In this document: one piece after another, positions 50,300 through 61,147 of the stretch | How the letters are laid out: each line of letters begins with the position of its first letter | Position numbering within the stretch: the stretch's first letter is position 1 | Assembly: GCA_021432655.1 (NCBI GenBank) | Contig: MU271307.1 | Coordinates: forward strand, 37,295 to 98,441 | Source of the DNA: Atractiella rhizophila | Lineage: Eukaryota | DNA length: 61,147 nucleotides | Reading direction: 5' to 3' | Program-made: the position numbers and the translations under genes | The notes under the pieces: model-generated | Told to the model about the DNA's origin: nothing | Database searches by the model: none | The model's input: the letters and a program-made list of their open reading frames with translations, nothing else

Positions 50300-51480
50300 C
50301 TGATCTTGATAGCTTTGCATATGCATAGAACAGGATGCGATCAGGTCTGTCGTCCCATAAGCAACGTTTATCTGCTGACAAGGCATTGGCAGCGACTTCA
50401 AGGATCTACATAGCTCCCGAAGGAGTCTACATCTGTCCAAGAATGCTGGGTGGGAAAATCCAATCATTGACTTAGGACAACCTAAGGTAGTAAGTAACCT
50501 TGAGTTTCCTGTAGACCGCATTAAAATGTAAATCATCAGACAAATATTGTCAAAGAACAACTTGCCAACAGTTGTTTGAAGATCAGCCCAGAAGATCGGG
50601 AATATTGTATCAACTTCATTACAATGCAGGGCACTGGAGATCCGACTTTGGATTTGGATCCTGACATTATCAAATTACTCCAGCCCCAGTTTCCGAGACT
50701 CACAACGAATTTCAGGCGGGAGTTCTACCTCTTCTATCTTTGCCAGATTCTGTGCAGCAAGTTTCTTCAAAGGGATCTTAATCAAAGTCATGCCGTTCAC
50801 TTTCTAAAATAGCAAAAGACACTCCTTCTGTTCTGGGCAGCCTTCTTGTCATTGACCACTTTCCACAATCTGTTGCCGGGATGCATGACAAGAGGCTGCT
50901 CCTTAAAATGAGAGACACTTCAGTATCATTTTCACTTGTTAATAACCCCATTCTTTCACAGATGGGTGAACAGTATTCAACCAAACTATAGCATGCTTGA
51001 AGAAACAGCATGCAGAACAGATCTGTTAACAGAGCTCTATGCTGATATTCAAAAGAAAAACATAGAGATTCTAAAGACAGCCGACAACATCAGTCTTGGT
51101 CTTGATGGATGGGAAGATCAGCAGAAGAGATCCATTTACCTAACGCTTGAAATGGTAAAAGGGCATAATCCTATTATCCTCGAGCTCCAAGATCTCAGTG
51201 ATGTCCGTCATACTGCTTCCTATCTGCAACAGTTTGTTAATGAATCAATTGTTAGAGCTGGAGTTAGTTGGGAGGCTGTTTCATCTCTGTTTACGGATTC
51301 ACCTTCTACAATGGTGAAGTTAGGGGCAGATCTTGAGAAAGAACATCCTTCGTTGTTTATTGAACCATGTTCTCTGCATCACTTCGCTCTTTGATCCGTG
51401 ATCTTTGTAGTTTTGTCAAAGCTTCCGCACTTATTAAAGAAAATTCTGCTGTTACTCGCTTTTTACAACTTCTTGACCAC
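50300..51480 (+). pseudogene. hAT-like (DUF659-type) transposase fragment
   Basis: ISLGLDGWEDQQKRSIY, DLSDVRHTASYL, LFTDSPSTM, PCSLHHFAL. Confidence 0.75.
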
Positions 51481-51899
51481 TTACAACAGGAGAGAGAAAG
51501 GAGAAGGGAAAGAATTTCCATGGAGAAGAGGTGGAAGACACGAGTTGGAGATGTAACCCATCAAGGAGATTGAAGGTTTGCTTTTTCCAATTTCTTGATG
51601 ATCTTGCAAGCTATTTACAATAATACCGTACATTACAACGAGCTGGATATCATTGGAGACCTTGAGGAAGCTTGATGACCTGATGCACTGATCCTTGGAG
51701 TATCCATGTTGCTGTTGTGAACTCTTCAAGAAAAAAGGTCTATGGAGCTTCATTACTAGACACCAAAAGTAAAGCAAGAACCACATATTGAGACCCATCC
51801 ATACTAGCTGTCAGGGTTGGGTTCCATTCCATAACAGGTAATGAAGAGTGTATGTTTCTGCCAATGAAGAGGAGGAAACTGATTTGATGTTGTAACCTG

Positions 51900-53450
51900 T
51901 GAACTCCAATGGGAGATGGCTTAATATGTCCTGATATTGCCATGTAACCATAGTAACGTCAATATCCAATCAGCAAGATGAGGAAGGAAGGGGGTGGTAA
52001 GAAACAGAAAGTGGGATGAAGGAAAGAAGGGAGGGTGCATTCATAGCAAGAGAACTGTAGAAGCGGTTGGCCTGATCACAGGTTCATGCTTATCCCTTTG
52101 CTCCGGCCCTTTCAAGTATGGATCTTGCAATGATCAATGCCTTGATCATTCAGCTCTCACAAGAAGAGCCTTGGATAAGAGTCTTCAATGGGGCACTGGA
52201 AGGAGAAGTACTTGGGAAGTAAGTTTCTCTTCAGCTGTTTCCTTTAATAAAGAGAAGGCACAAATTTCATCTGCCTTGATAAAAGACTTGTACATGATCT
52301 AATGGTAGAGGATGGTTAGTTGGAAGAGCTGAATCCCCACAGTCAACTTACTAGTTCACGGTGAGCCAGCAATTCAAAAAAATGCCGTCTTAATAGTTTC
52401 AGTTAGAAGGGATATGAAAATGTGTTTAGTATATCGTCAGCTACAGATCCCTATTTGGATAAACCACTAATGACTGTCTCATAGAGCATATTGAGTTTAA
52501 AATGGGGATGTTTATGTCCCTTTGGAGAGAGAGATGAAGAGCTTATGGAGTGGTGGCAACGTCTATCTGATATGGAAAGGAAGTTATTAGATATGAAGCA
52601 GAGCTATCCCAAGTCAAGCGGAAAAAGACAATATATTATTAAGAACAAACTCAATGCCTTTCTGGGTCTGTTTACCACAATGGGTCATGGCCTTTCTGGT
52701 TTTTACATTCTCGTCTAACTCTGCTGACTCAGATCTTTTATCAGATGCAGAAGGGAGTTTGTTATCATCCATGTGGAGGGGGGTATCAGGGTTTGGTTAT
52801 GGGGATCCCTTGGAATTGGAGGAGGAGGCCTGGAGGTAGCAGAAGTATTTGTGGAGGGAGAGAAGATGTAGGCGCTGGGTTTGAGTAGTGGTGTATTTTT
52901 TTGTATGATAGGATAGTGAGTGCTACTTCCTGTTGCATTTGACGACTGAGTCTGGGCCTTGACAATCTGACGTTGGTTCCAATTTCTGTCCAATTCTGTG
53001 GATTGTTCCTTCCATTCTCTAGTCATGAGAGTGGTGTTGTTGTGGCTACAGACAGGAGCAAGTTGTTCAAATTCCAAAATATATTCTTCACTTCCTGTCT
53101 TGTTTGAGTTTGTCAAGTTTGAAGCGAGCTGTAGCAGGTCGATCTTGATCACCAAAGTTGAGTATCACAGTTTGAAAGTCTCAAAGTCTGAAAAGACAAC
53201 GATAAAGTCCTTTCCTGGTTGCTGAAGGGAATCCAGCCTGATTTTAGCCCACTCTACAGCTGTACCTTCAGACATGAACGAGACATAGAGGATTTTTCTC
53301 TATTGGAAGGAAATTCATGGGATAGTGCTGTGTAGTTGATGTAGAGGGCATTGAGAAAGTGATCGGTCCAATCTCAAGGTCCATTAAAGACTTTATGAGG
53401 GTTTAGGTTGATGATTGTTTTCTGAAAGGAGGATTCATTTGAGGGGGTTG
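51900..53450 (-). pseudogene. Ty3/Gypsy gag (and possibly protease) remnant
   Basis: Minus-strand FPSNREKILYVSFMSEGTAVEWAK and FGDQDRPATARFKLDKLKQ / TGSEEYILEFEQLA resemble retrotransposon Gag. DWILTLLWL resembles a protease C-terminus. Confidence 0.6.
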
Positions 53451-53459
53451 GAAGAGCCT

Positions 53460-53610
53460 CTCCGTGCATGGTGCATGGTTAACAAGGGGAAACCCTTGGG
53501 TTCCTAAGCTTGGAGGAACTTCCTATACCTACCCGCATGTGAGCCCTATGGGTAGGGGGTGGGGAAAGTCAGGCGTTTGATGGATTCCCAAATCCATATA
53601 CCTAATCACC
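53460..53610 (-). mobile_element. Degenerate copy of the hAT-like terminus at 1-254
   Basis: AACAAGGGGAAACCC..GGGTTCCT and GGGTAGGGGGTGGGGA...TTTGA.GGATT...AAATCC.TATAC are shared with 85-250. Confidence 0.7.
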
Positions 53611-54234
53611 ACTTCCCGGACTTTCAAACCATTGGAGCTTGAGGAAGGCATAGAATCAAGGAAATGAATAGGAAGAGGGAAGAGAGAAGAGAGAAGAGAA
53701 CTCCACAGGAACCTAATAATGTGTAACGTGTTAGTATCTTTCGGCTTGATTGGAATAGCAAGGGCCTTTGGATGATTCATAAATTCTTTGTACTGAACCT
53801 GACCTAGAACATTGCTAGAAAAGAGTGTATATACCAGTAGAAGAGGTTGAAGAACATGCCAGTAAATAGTGGCGAGCATACTATGTAGTTGTCAAAAGAG
53901 TGAGGACGGTGTATAGTGCTGACACTTTCCTCGCAAATTAATTGGGTCTTTTGTGTTCTGGAAGTACTCACATTGAGCTTTTAACGATAGAAATACATGT
54001 CATTGCACTAGATATTAGAAAATAACTAAGAGGAAGCTGACAGGGAGCATCTGGAGGAGCCTGGAGGAGGCAACACATCAAGGAGGAAGTGTACATTGAG
54101 CATATGCCTCCCGGAGGAGGGTCGAAGCTCAACTTATGCCTCCACGGGCCTCCACAATGTGATTTGAGATACAATTACCTCCATGAAACTACTTCTGCCC
54201 TGAGGATGAGCCATTTTACTGATCTGGGAACATT

Positions 54235-54480
54235 GTGGGAACAACAGAAGCTGAGTATGTCGCCTTCTCGCATGCTGCTCGTGAAGCTATTTGGCTTCGA
54301 AAGCTCTGTACAGACCTAGGAATCAAAATAACGAGCCTACGACAATCAAGGAACCATTGCTCTTGCTCACAACCCAGAATTCCACTGACACACAAAACAT
54401 GTCGATATCATCCATCATTTCATCTGTGATCAAGCTCGATCAAGTTGAGACACAAGCTATGTCAGTTGCGTACATCCTTA
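54235..54480 (+). pseudogene. Copia RNase H fragment related to the intact element
   Basis: TTEAEYVAFSHAAREAIWLRKL...DNQGTIALAHNPEFH*HTKHVDIIHHFI aligns with the C-terminus of the 4367-8491 ORF. Confidence 0.9.
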
Positions 54481-55099
54481 AGGTTTGACAATTGCACCAG
54501 CCCTCAACGTATCTCCACATGTTTTGCCTTCAAACTGACGACGACATTTGCTTAATCATGACCCTAGGGATTGCAAATTGGGTCGGTTCAATCTCTGAAA
54601 ATTGTTGAATGATGCAATGATTCATTGGACGATTTTACTCATATCTTCCAGTCAACGATAAACTGACAAAGGACAAATTTTTGGTATCAAGAATCCCAAC
54701 ATCACGCCTGGTGAATATATGAACCAGAATACTGATGGATAAAACAACAATCCAACCTCACACATACAAACCCGAAAGCTAACCAAAAATTACCATCCAG
54801 TGATATCAACAGTATTGCGATCAAGGTCTTTTTCGTAGATCGACTACTCCCGTTCGTCGTGGCGATCAGGACCCAGTTTTGAATCGATGTTATGCATCTT
54901 GGGGAGCTAGATTATCGATTTCAATCCTCAGACCAGTCTGGGAATTGAACGTGATGACCCACCTCGATATCATGCATTTCAGTGTGTTGGAGTGTCCCGA
55001 TATGAACTTGCATACCAAGCTCGAGGTCGGATCCCTAAGATGAACACACGAATAATCAGGTCAATTGTTCAGGGAAGAGGGGTGAAGGCGCACCTGTGG

Positions 55100-57122
55100 T
55101 TGACGCCTTGTCTTGTGTGTCCCAATCGTGTTGGTGGCCAACCTGTCCGTTCTGCTTTCTGAAATGGTTTCTGAGGCGCTTGTGCCGTGTGCGCGGACGA
55201 TCGACTTCCGAGAATTGAGGAGAAACTATAATGATGTCATTAGCGTGCGCAGGTCAATGATCGATAAGGTGGGATTCACCATCATAGAACATGCGTATAC
55301 CCTTCATCCCATGTTTAGATTAATCTTGGAGTAAAGATGTTGACTCTACCTGACGAGAACCATGTTGAAGATCACTGAGGTCAAATCAACAGTTCCATCG
55401 TAGCTGCGGGAGAATTTAGCCATGGACTTTTGTCAATAATGCACGGCGAACTTGTGAAAATGCTGCAAATTCATGAGACATCTCTGTTCCTATTGATGAA
55501 GGGAGAAGACGTACCGAGATTCAGGGCAGCAATGATTACGGCCTTCAAGTCATCGAATTACTTCTATCTCTTGCAATCGAATAGCGGACTTACTGGAACA
55601 GCACATTGGATGGAGAGTTTGATCAGTGCGAATATGAGGTTGCGAGTTCTGGAACCGTGTAGGCTTAGCGATCGTTTGGAGAGATCAATAAGCAATCCTA
55701 CTGAGGCAAAATAGCCTTTTTTGTTTGTGTGAGGAGAAAGTAAGCCGTGCACGCGGCGATGAGGATGTCGCCTGCTAATACACCGCTAGATTCAAGCGTG
55801 TGAGCCTGCCTGTTTGATTTGTGAAAGGGACGGTATCGCACCTGTAGTGACCAGCGAACCAGCGTGCGATGAGATTGAACTTGGCTTCCGTGATGAGGAT
55901 TGTCTGCGGCCCTTACCCTTTAGACACTGCACTGCCTAAAGGTTTCACTCACCACAATGATGATGGAAATATACGAGAAAATGAGGACCGCGACGATGAT
56001 CGTGATAATCCACCACTTCCTACAGATTATGTATAATCGATATAAGAAGTAAGCTTGACTGTTTTATCATTCGCAGTTGTCAGTCCTCCTCCTTGTTTGT
56101 TCGTAGCCAAGGCGTACACATAGAGACCGCAAGAGGCGTCCTTGCCGTGTATTAGCTGTGAGTAAAAAGAACGAGGGATGAGAGACATACTATTAAAGTG
56201 AAGGCACTCTGCCACCACTCTGTGTACGATAGGAAAATAGCGCCTTGCAGATCCTGCAAGCAGTTTGGGGACAATCGTTCTATCGTTGCAAGGACTCACC
56301 GTAAAAAAAGCCACAAATTGGATCCAGCGGGTTACACTGACGAAAAGTGTCAAGCGGAGGAAGCTGGGAAGCTTTGAAAATGCTCACAAAGAATGAATGC
56401 TCTTCAGGAGCTGAGTGATAAATAGTCCTGCGACGACGAGTTTCAGCCAACGATGATCGTCCTTGTAGTGCTGATAATCTTAGCAGGTTCCATGAACTGT
56501 GTGCTAACCAGTGTGAAGAAGAATCGGCTTACAAGTGTGAAATTGTGCAAGAAGGATGCCATAAAGAATGAACTCGAGTGAGAGACCTATAAACCAGGGG
56601 CCTTCCAACGAGGAGCATCAAGTCATGTTCACCCGATCTCCCAAGCGGAGAGAAACTCACCAAGCAGTCGCCTCGACTGCTCGTACTCCTCATGCGTCAT
56701 ATGAGGTGAATGGAAAGGCATCTTGCTCAACCGCACGAAATCAGCAGCAACGGAGAAGAGACATCCAAGACATCGGGGCAGGAGAGATTGTGATTATAAA
56801 GCTCGTTGCAATTTCTTCTGGTCACCACCCACTTAGGGACCCAAGCGGCGGTGCGGTAGCGAGTTTGGGCAAGTATTCAAGCACAAAATTAGTTAGAATA
56901 TATTATTATTATTATTTTATTCTTAATGGTGCGTGCTTGTGCTTGGTGCGTGGAGACTCTCCATTTGGCGGCGTTGTTTTGAATTGCCATCGTTCCCACA
57001 TCTTTGTTGGCGTCAATTTTGGTGTGGTTGTTCTGTCCCGCGGAGAGTACCCGAAGCGAGCCCACTGTCAACAGACCGCACATTTTCCGAAGTCGCGATT
57101 TCATATTAAACTTCGTCTCCAT
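55100..57122 (-). CDS. Multi-exon DUF6534-like integral membrane protein; boundaries and integrity uncertain
   Basis: Exon translations ILYGILLAQFH, YQHYKDDHRWLKLVVAGL, VGIITIIVAVLIFSYISIIIV, GDILIAACTAYFL, ISALIKLSIQCAVP, LLNSRKSI follow the basidiomycete pattern YG...Q...Y...DD..WLK / D..I......L / LN.R. Confidence 0.55.
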
Positions 57123-58114
57123 GCCTTCGCTGTAGCAAGACAGTGAATCTTGATCATTCTTAGAGAACGAGGACTCCGTCCAGCTCCATCCTTTGTTCTA
57201 TTCTGCTCTTCCTATTTGTTCAAGGTTAAGGTCGGAATCATCGACCTCTATAACTTTATCTTGTCAGGTAAGTATTTCCTAGAGAACAGGTAAGTATGGA
57301 AAATGTGGCAAGTTGGGGGGCATTGATAGGAATTGAAACTTTTAGGTTGGGACTTGGTGACCTGCACCGTATGAAACGAACAACGAAATTGATACAGGGC
57401 AGGAGATGGTCGCAGTGCACCTTCACGATGCCACCTTCCTACAAAATAAGAGACCTCCAACTTCTGAATAGCTTCTGAACTCGTGCTCATGCGACTCTAA
57501 TCGCCAGCATGTAGAATCAAGAAACATATTCGATTCTCAATGAACATTGGGGGAGGACCACCTCTTTCCCACGTAGTTTGTAGGTGAGAGTGAGAGATAG
57601 GAAAAGATAATTACAAACAGCTAGCTTGGCTACCACGACGTAAATATTACTTACTCACAAGGCAGCAACATGTCCAGTGGACCAGGAGAGTGCGTGCGAC
57701 TTCAACAGCATCGAGAGTCTCGAGTCCTTCGTTTATGACCGTGTGAATGTGGGTCATCTCTCCATCCTTGATACACTATTGGTCATCGCACTCGATTCCA
57801 GGAATCCAATGCCTGCGGTTGTTCACGCGGGAAGTACTAATGGCAGTGCACGCAGGAACAAAGCTGATTCCCCTCCCAATCAGCATTCCTGAGGGATTAG
57901 GCTCTAGCAGTATATATCTTGCTTGGTAGTCAATACGTGGGTCGTCCGATCACAGCATTCTTGTCAGGTCCACTTTGACAATAATCTAGATTCGGGCTTC
58001 TAAAGGAAATCTAAAGCTGCTACACCAGTTAGCGCCGTGAATCAGAAATATAAAGGCTCTTCGATGTAAACTTTGCTTTTCCTCGTCACAGCTGCCTGCA
58101 ACAAAGAAGACGGC

Positions 58115-59900
58115 ATGTCACCTCCTGCCCCCACATCTCCAGAACAACCAGACCTCGCCCTCCAACCTGCAGCCATCGAGGACATACTCTCTACTAACCA
58201 TACCTACCTAACCGGCTTGCGCTTTTCTACCTTTGTACATGAACGACATTCAACTGGAGGATGGCAGCTTGCTATGCAATCTACGGTTGGGATTTCATAG
58301 TTACTTTCCCTCAAGAATACAAGACACTTTGGAAAGCACAACGTTGGACCGCCAGTCCGAGCTGCCTTCTTCTTCAACCGGCAACTCTCTCCTCTCCAAC
58401 ACTCACTGCGTACATGGAAAGCTTATATGAGAATTATCAAGTTACTGGGGTCTCTTGGACTTCACATTGTTCACGTGTCTTGCCTGGCTCAAAGTTGACC
58501 TGAAGACTTGTGACAAAATTTACCTTATCAAACCAGTTGGTGGTATTGCTGTCTTTTGTGCGTCCCCATTCGTGTCTCAAGAGAATCCCTGACGCATTGT
58601 AACCGCAGTTAGTTCCGAATTCCTGCTTGCCGCAAGGCATGGGCAATATGGGCTCGTCGAGGATGGATCCCTTGGTTCTTTAGTACATTTGCGGGAACTG
58701 GTTCCGCACTTGAGATCTCGGCAGACAAGCCACTGCGTTTGTATGTTTTTTTTAATTCGGAAGAGAGAGGCTGACAGATTTGAAAGACCCGAGGGGTTGA
58801 GAGGGTGCTTTTCTATCGGAGGAGGTCAGAGGTAGTTTGTGTTCATGTCAATCTGGCATGAACGAAGCTGATGTTCGACTTGTCAAAGCTACCTATGGGT
58901 TTTTTGGTTCGTGCTAGCGACGAGTTGTGAATTACATCGTTGCTGATATCATGGCAGTACACGATGCCGATTCTCCTCTATGATACGACGGCAACCATAT
59001 TTATAATCATGTCCGTCACCGTCACTTAATCCCCCCCTTGACTTATTTCCAAGTCGTCAACAGACCGCTCACCAATCATGAATCAAAGAAACCGCCGAAG
59101 CATGGGAAGAATGGAGAAGCCCTCTCGACTACGACACCAAGACGATGGCGTCGATGTTGATGTTGGTGTCAATGCGTCCCCAGTCAGAGCTCGTATCCGT
59201 ACAAAAGCGTGTCGCGACGGACCTCGAGAACTGGCGACTACTGGAATTCCTGGATTTGTGGAAATTGCTGTCTGTGCTCCTTGCGGTTACTTTTCTGTTG
59301 TGCCTGGATATTGCTGATTCTTTTCAATGATGGGATACACTCACCTTTGTTTGTGAATAGCATGCTAGCTACTGGCGTTGCGGGTTTGGTAACGACTAAC
59401 GATCCAAGTGACACTTCCAAGATCCTCCTCGGAACCTCATCAGCAAATTCCCTGGCCCTATGGGGGCCTATCATAGGAAGCCTCCATAGAACGTCCAACG
59501 AATCTCCTATGGCGCTATGCGGCGCTATGCACAACTATGGGTGACTCATGCTTACCTGTTTCATTGGACGGTCTGGCTTGGATACAACTTTGACCGGAGT
59601 GCGATGCATATGCATCATTTCAAGAGACTAGTGGTACCTTGGTCTTGTCCACGTCTGCTTTCTGATTGAGAACCCACAACCTACTGGAGAACCAGAATGA
59701 CTCACCGCATTCTGCCGAGGTCGCCCCGAGGGGCTCATTCCAAGAAGTAAAAAAACCGAAGTTCAACTTGCCGCAAACTGTCAACGTCGAACATTCATCC
59801 CTTCAATGATGCTTGTCACATCAACTTTATTCTCCGCTTGTCCTCCCACCTCCCAACGCTCTCGCACTAGTCTAGCTACTTTTCTTGACCTCCAGCAACT
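58115..59900 (+). pseudogene. DUF6533-like integral membrane protein gene, apparently frameshifted
   Basis: ACYAIYGWDFIVTFPQEYKTLWKAQRWT then (+1 frame) PVRAAFFFNR matches the xD..lT...E...lW...W.....lFf.NR pattern. Downstream exons are hydrophobic, and TATAAA lies at 58049. Confidence 0.55.
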
Positions 59901-61147
59901 CGAGCAGGGAGAGTTGCTCTCGCTGTAAGTTCACTCCTTTCTTACTCACATGTCCTTCAAACAGTCATCGTTATCTAAGCATGTAATTGGATTGGGGACA
60001 AGAAGCATTTATTGGTATTGAGGTGAGTACTATGTGAAGTGCAAGGGATGGTTTTAAAGTGAATCCCTTAGTGTGGAGAGGTCAAGATCTCCCTTTTGCA
60101 ACCTTGTTCCGTGACTCACTGCAATGGTTCAACATGCCAGGTCCTGCATCGAAGCCTGAGGTGAATGCTTCAATACTGTTTTCCCATGCCCCTGGACACT
60201 TGGTAAGTGGTAAGTGGTCTCTGTGGGTGTGGACGATACAACCCCCTTTTGATAGTGTGACGACAGTGTGTACATTACCAAGTATATTTGTGTCAACAAT
60301 ACAATGATTTTTAAAGCATTTTTATGGCATGAGCTTGAGAACAAACCAATAAGACAGTGAGTCACAGGCATAGTGCCTTTGTGCAATATGGCCCATAGGG
60401 CGACCCTTCCTATGGCACTATAGAGGGTCTACCATAGAGCCTATGTGACAAAATGCCTATGAGCTATGATAGGGCTTATAGCACCATAGACATTGCCCAG
60501 GAAAGTGCTGATGCTCGCCGACACATTCCACTCGATTTTACCTTTTCCTCAATACGAATTCTAGCAGCTCTGCTCAAAACTCAGCTAATTCGTGGCAACG
60601 TTTCGTCCCGTTGTGCCTTCTTACTCCACTCAATCAATTTTCAACTTACTCATGTTCTATGTTTAATTGACGGAAAGCTTGACAGAATGATTGAAAAGCA
60701 AGCAGCTACTAATAATTTTCATAGATATATAGAGTGACCGGAGAAGAGCTCGAATCAGCCAAATCTAACAGATGCTAAAGCAATGTAGGGGAAAGAGTAA
60801 AGCCTGAGTAAAGGAGTAACAGTAGTTGGGATTCACAATGGCATACTTCAATGGCACTAAATGTGGCACATGCGAACGCTGATAAAATCACTCACCGCGA
60901 CTGTCTGTGATGTTTTTCATTGGATTATCTTTTAGCGAGAAGGAACAAATAATACCTCGTACTCGGTCTGGAAAGAACCAACATGGATTCATGATTACAT
61001 AAGGCTCGAACTATCCATACTACTCTACTCCTCATGATGACAGTCCAGAGGACTATGAGGAGGCGTACTCAGCGAGATACTGACTTCCCGAAGCAGATGT
61101 CGGCGCTTCAGTCACAGTAGTCGTCGTTTGCTCTCCATCCTGTGCCC

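Overview
Eukaryotic, intron-rich fungal DNA. Splice-site style and gene families suggest a basidiomycete; the species cannot be determined from sequence. Most of the window is a nest of transposable elements: a Copia LTR retrotransposon with an intact 1374-aa ORF, a decayed Helitron whose 5' region holds a complete TIR/TSD-bounded hAT insertion, several related Helitron-type 5' ends plus a ~230-bp mini-Helitron, two decayed CMC/EnSpm (CACTA-type) transposase loci each with divergent accessory ORFs, two more hAT-type remnants, and Gypsy and Copia fragments. Host genes are V-ATPase subunit c (VMA3-like, with a 4-nt microexon), a secreted GH5 mannanase-like hydrolase (6-nt microexon), a Zn2Cys6 transcription factor, a divergent DUF6534-like/DUF6533-like membrane-protein pair, and an ABCC transporter fragment. 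No clearly novel system could be established. The best leads are the Helitron termini rich in TGA(C/G)TCA sites, the Copia with mismatched LTRs and no TSD, the microexons and the CACTA accessory ORFs. All alignments were made by eye.
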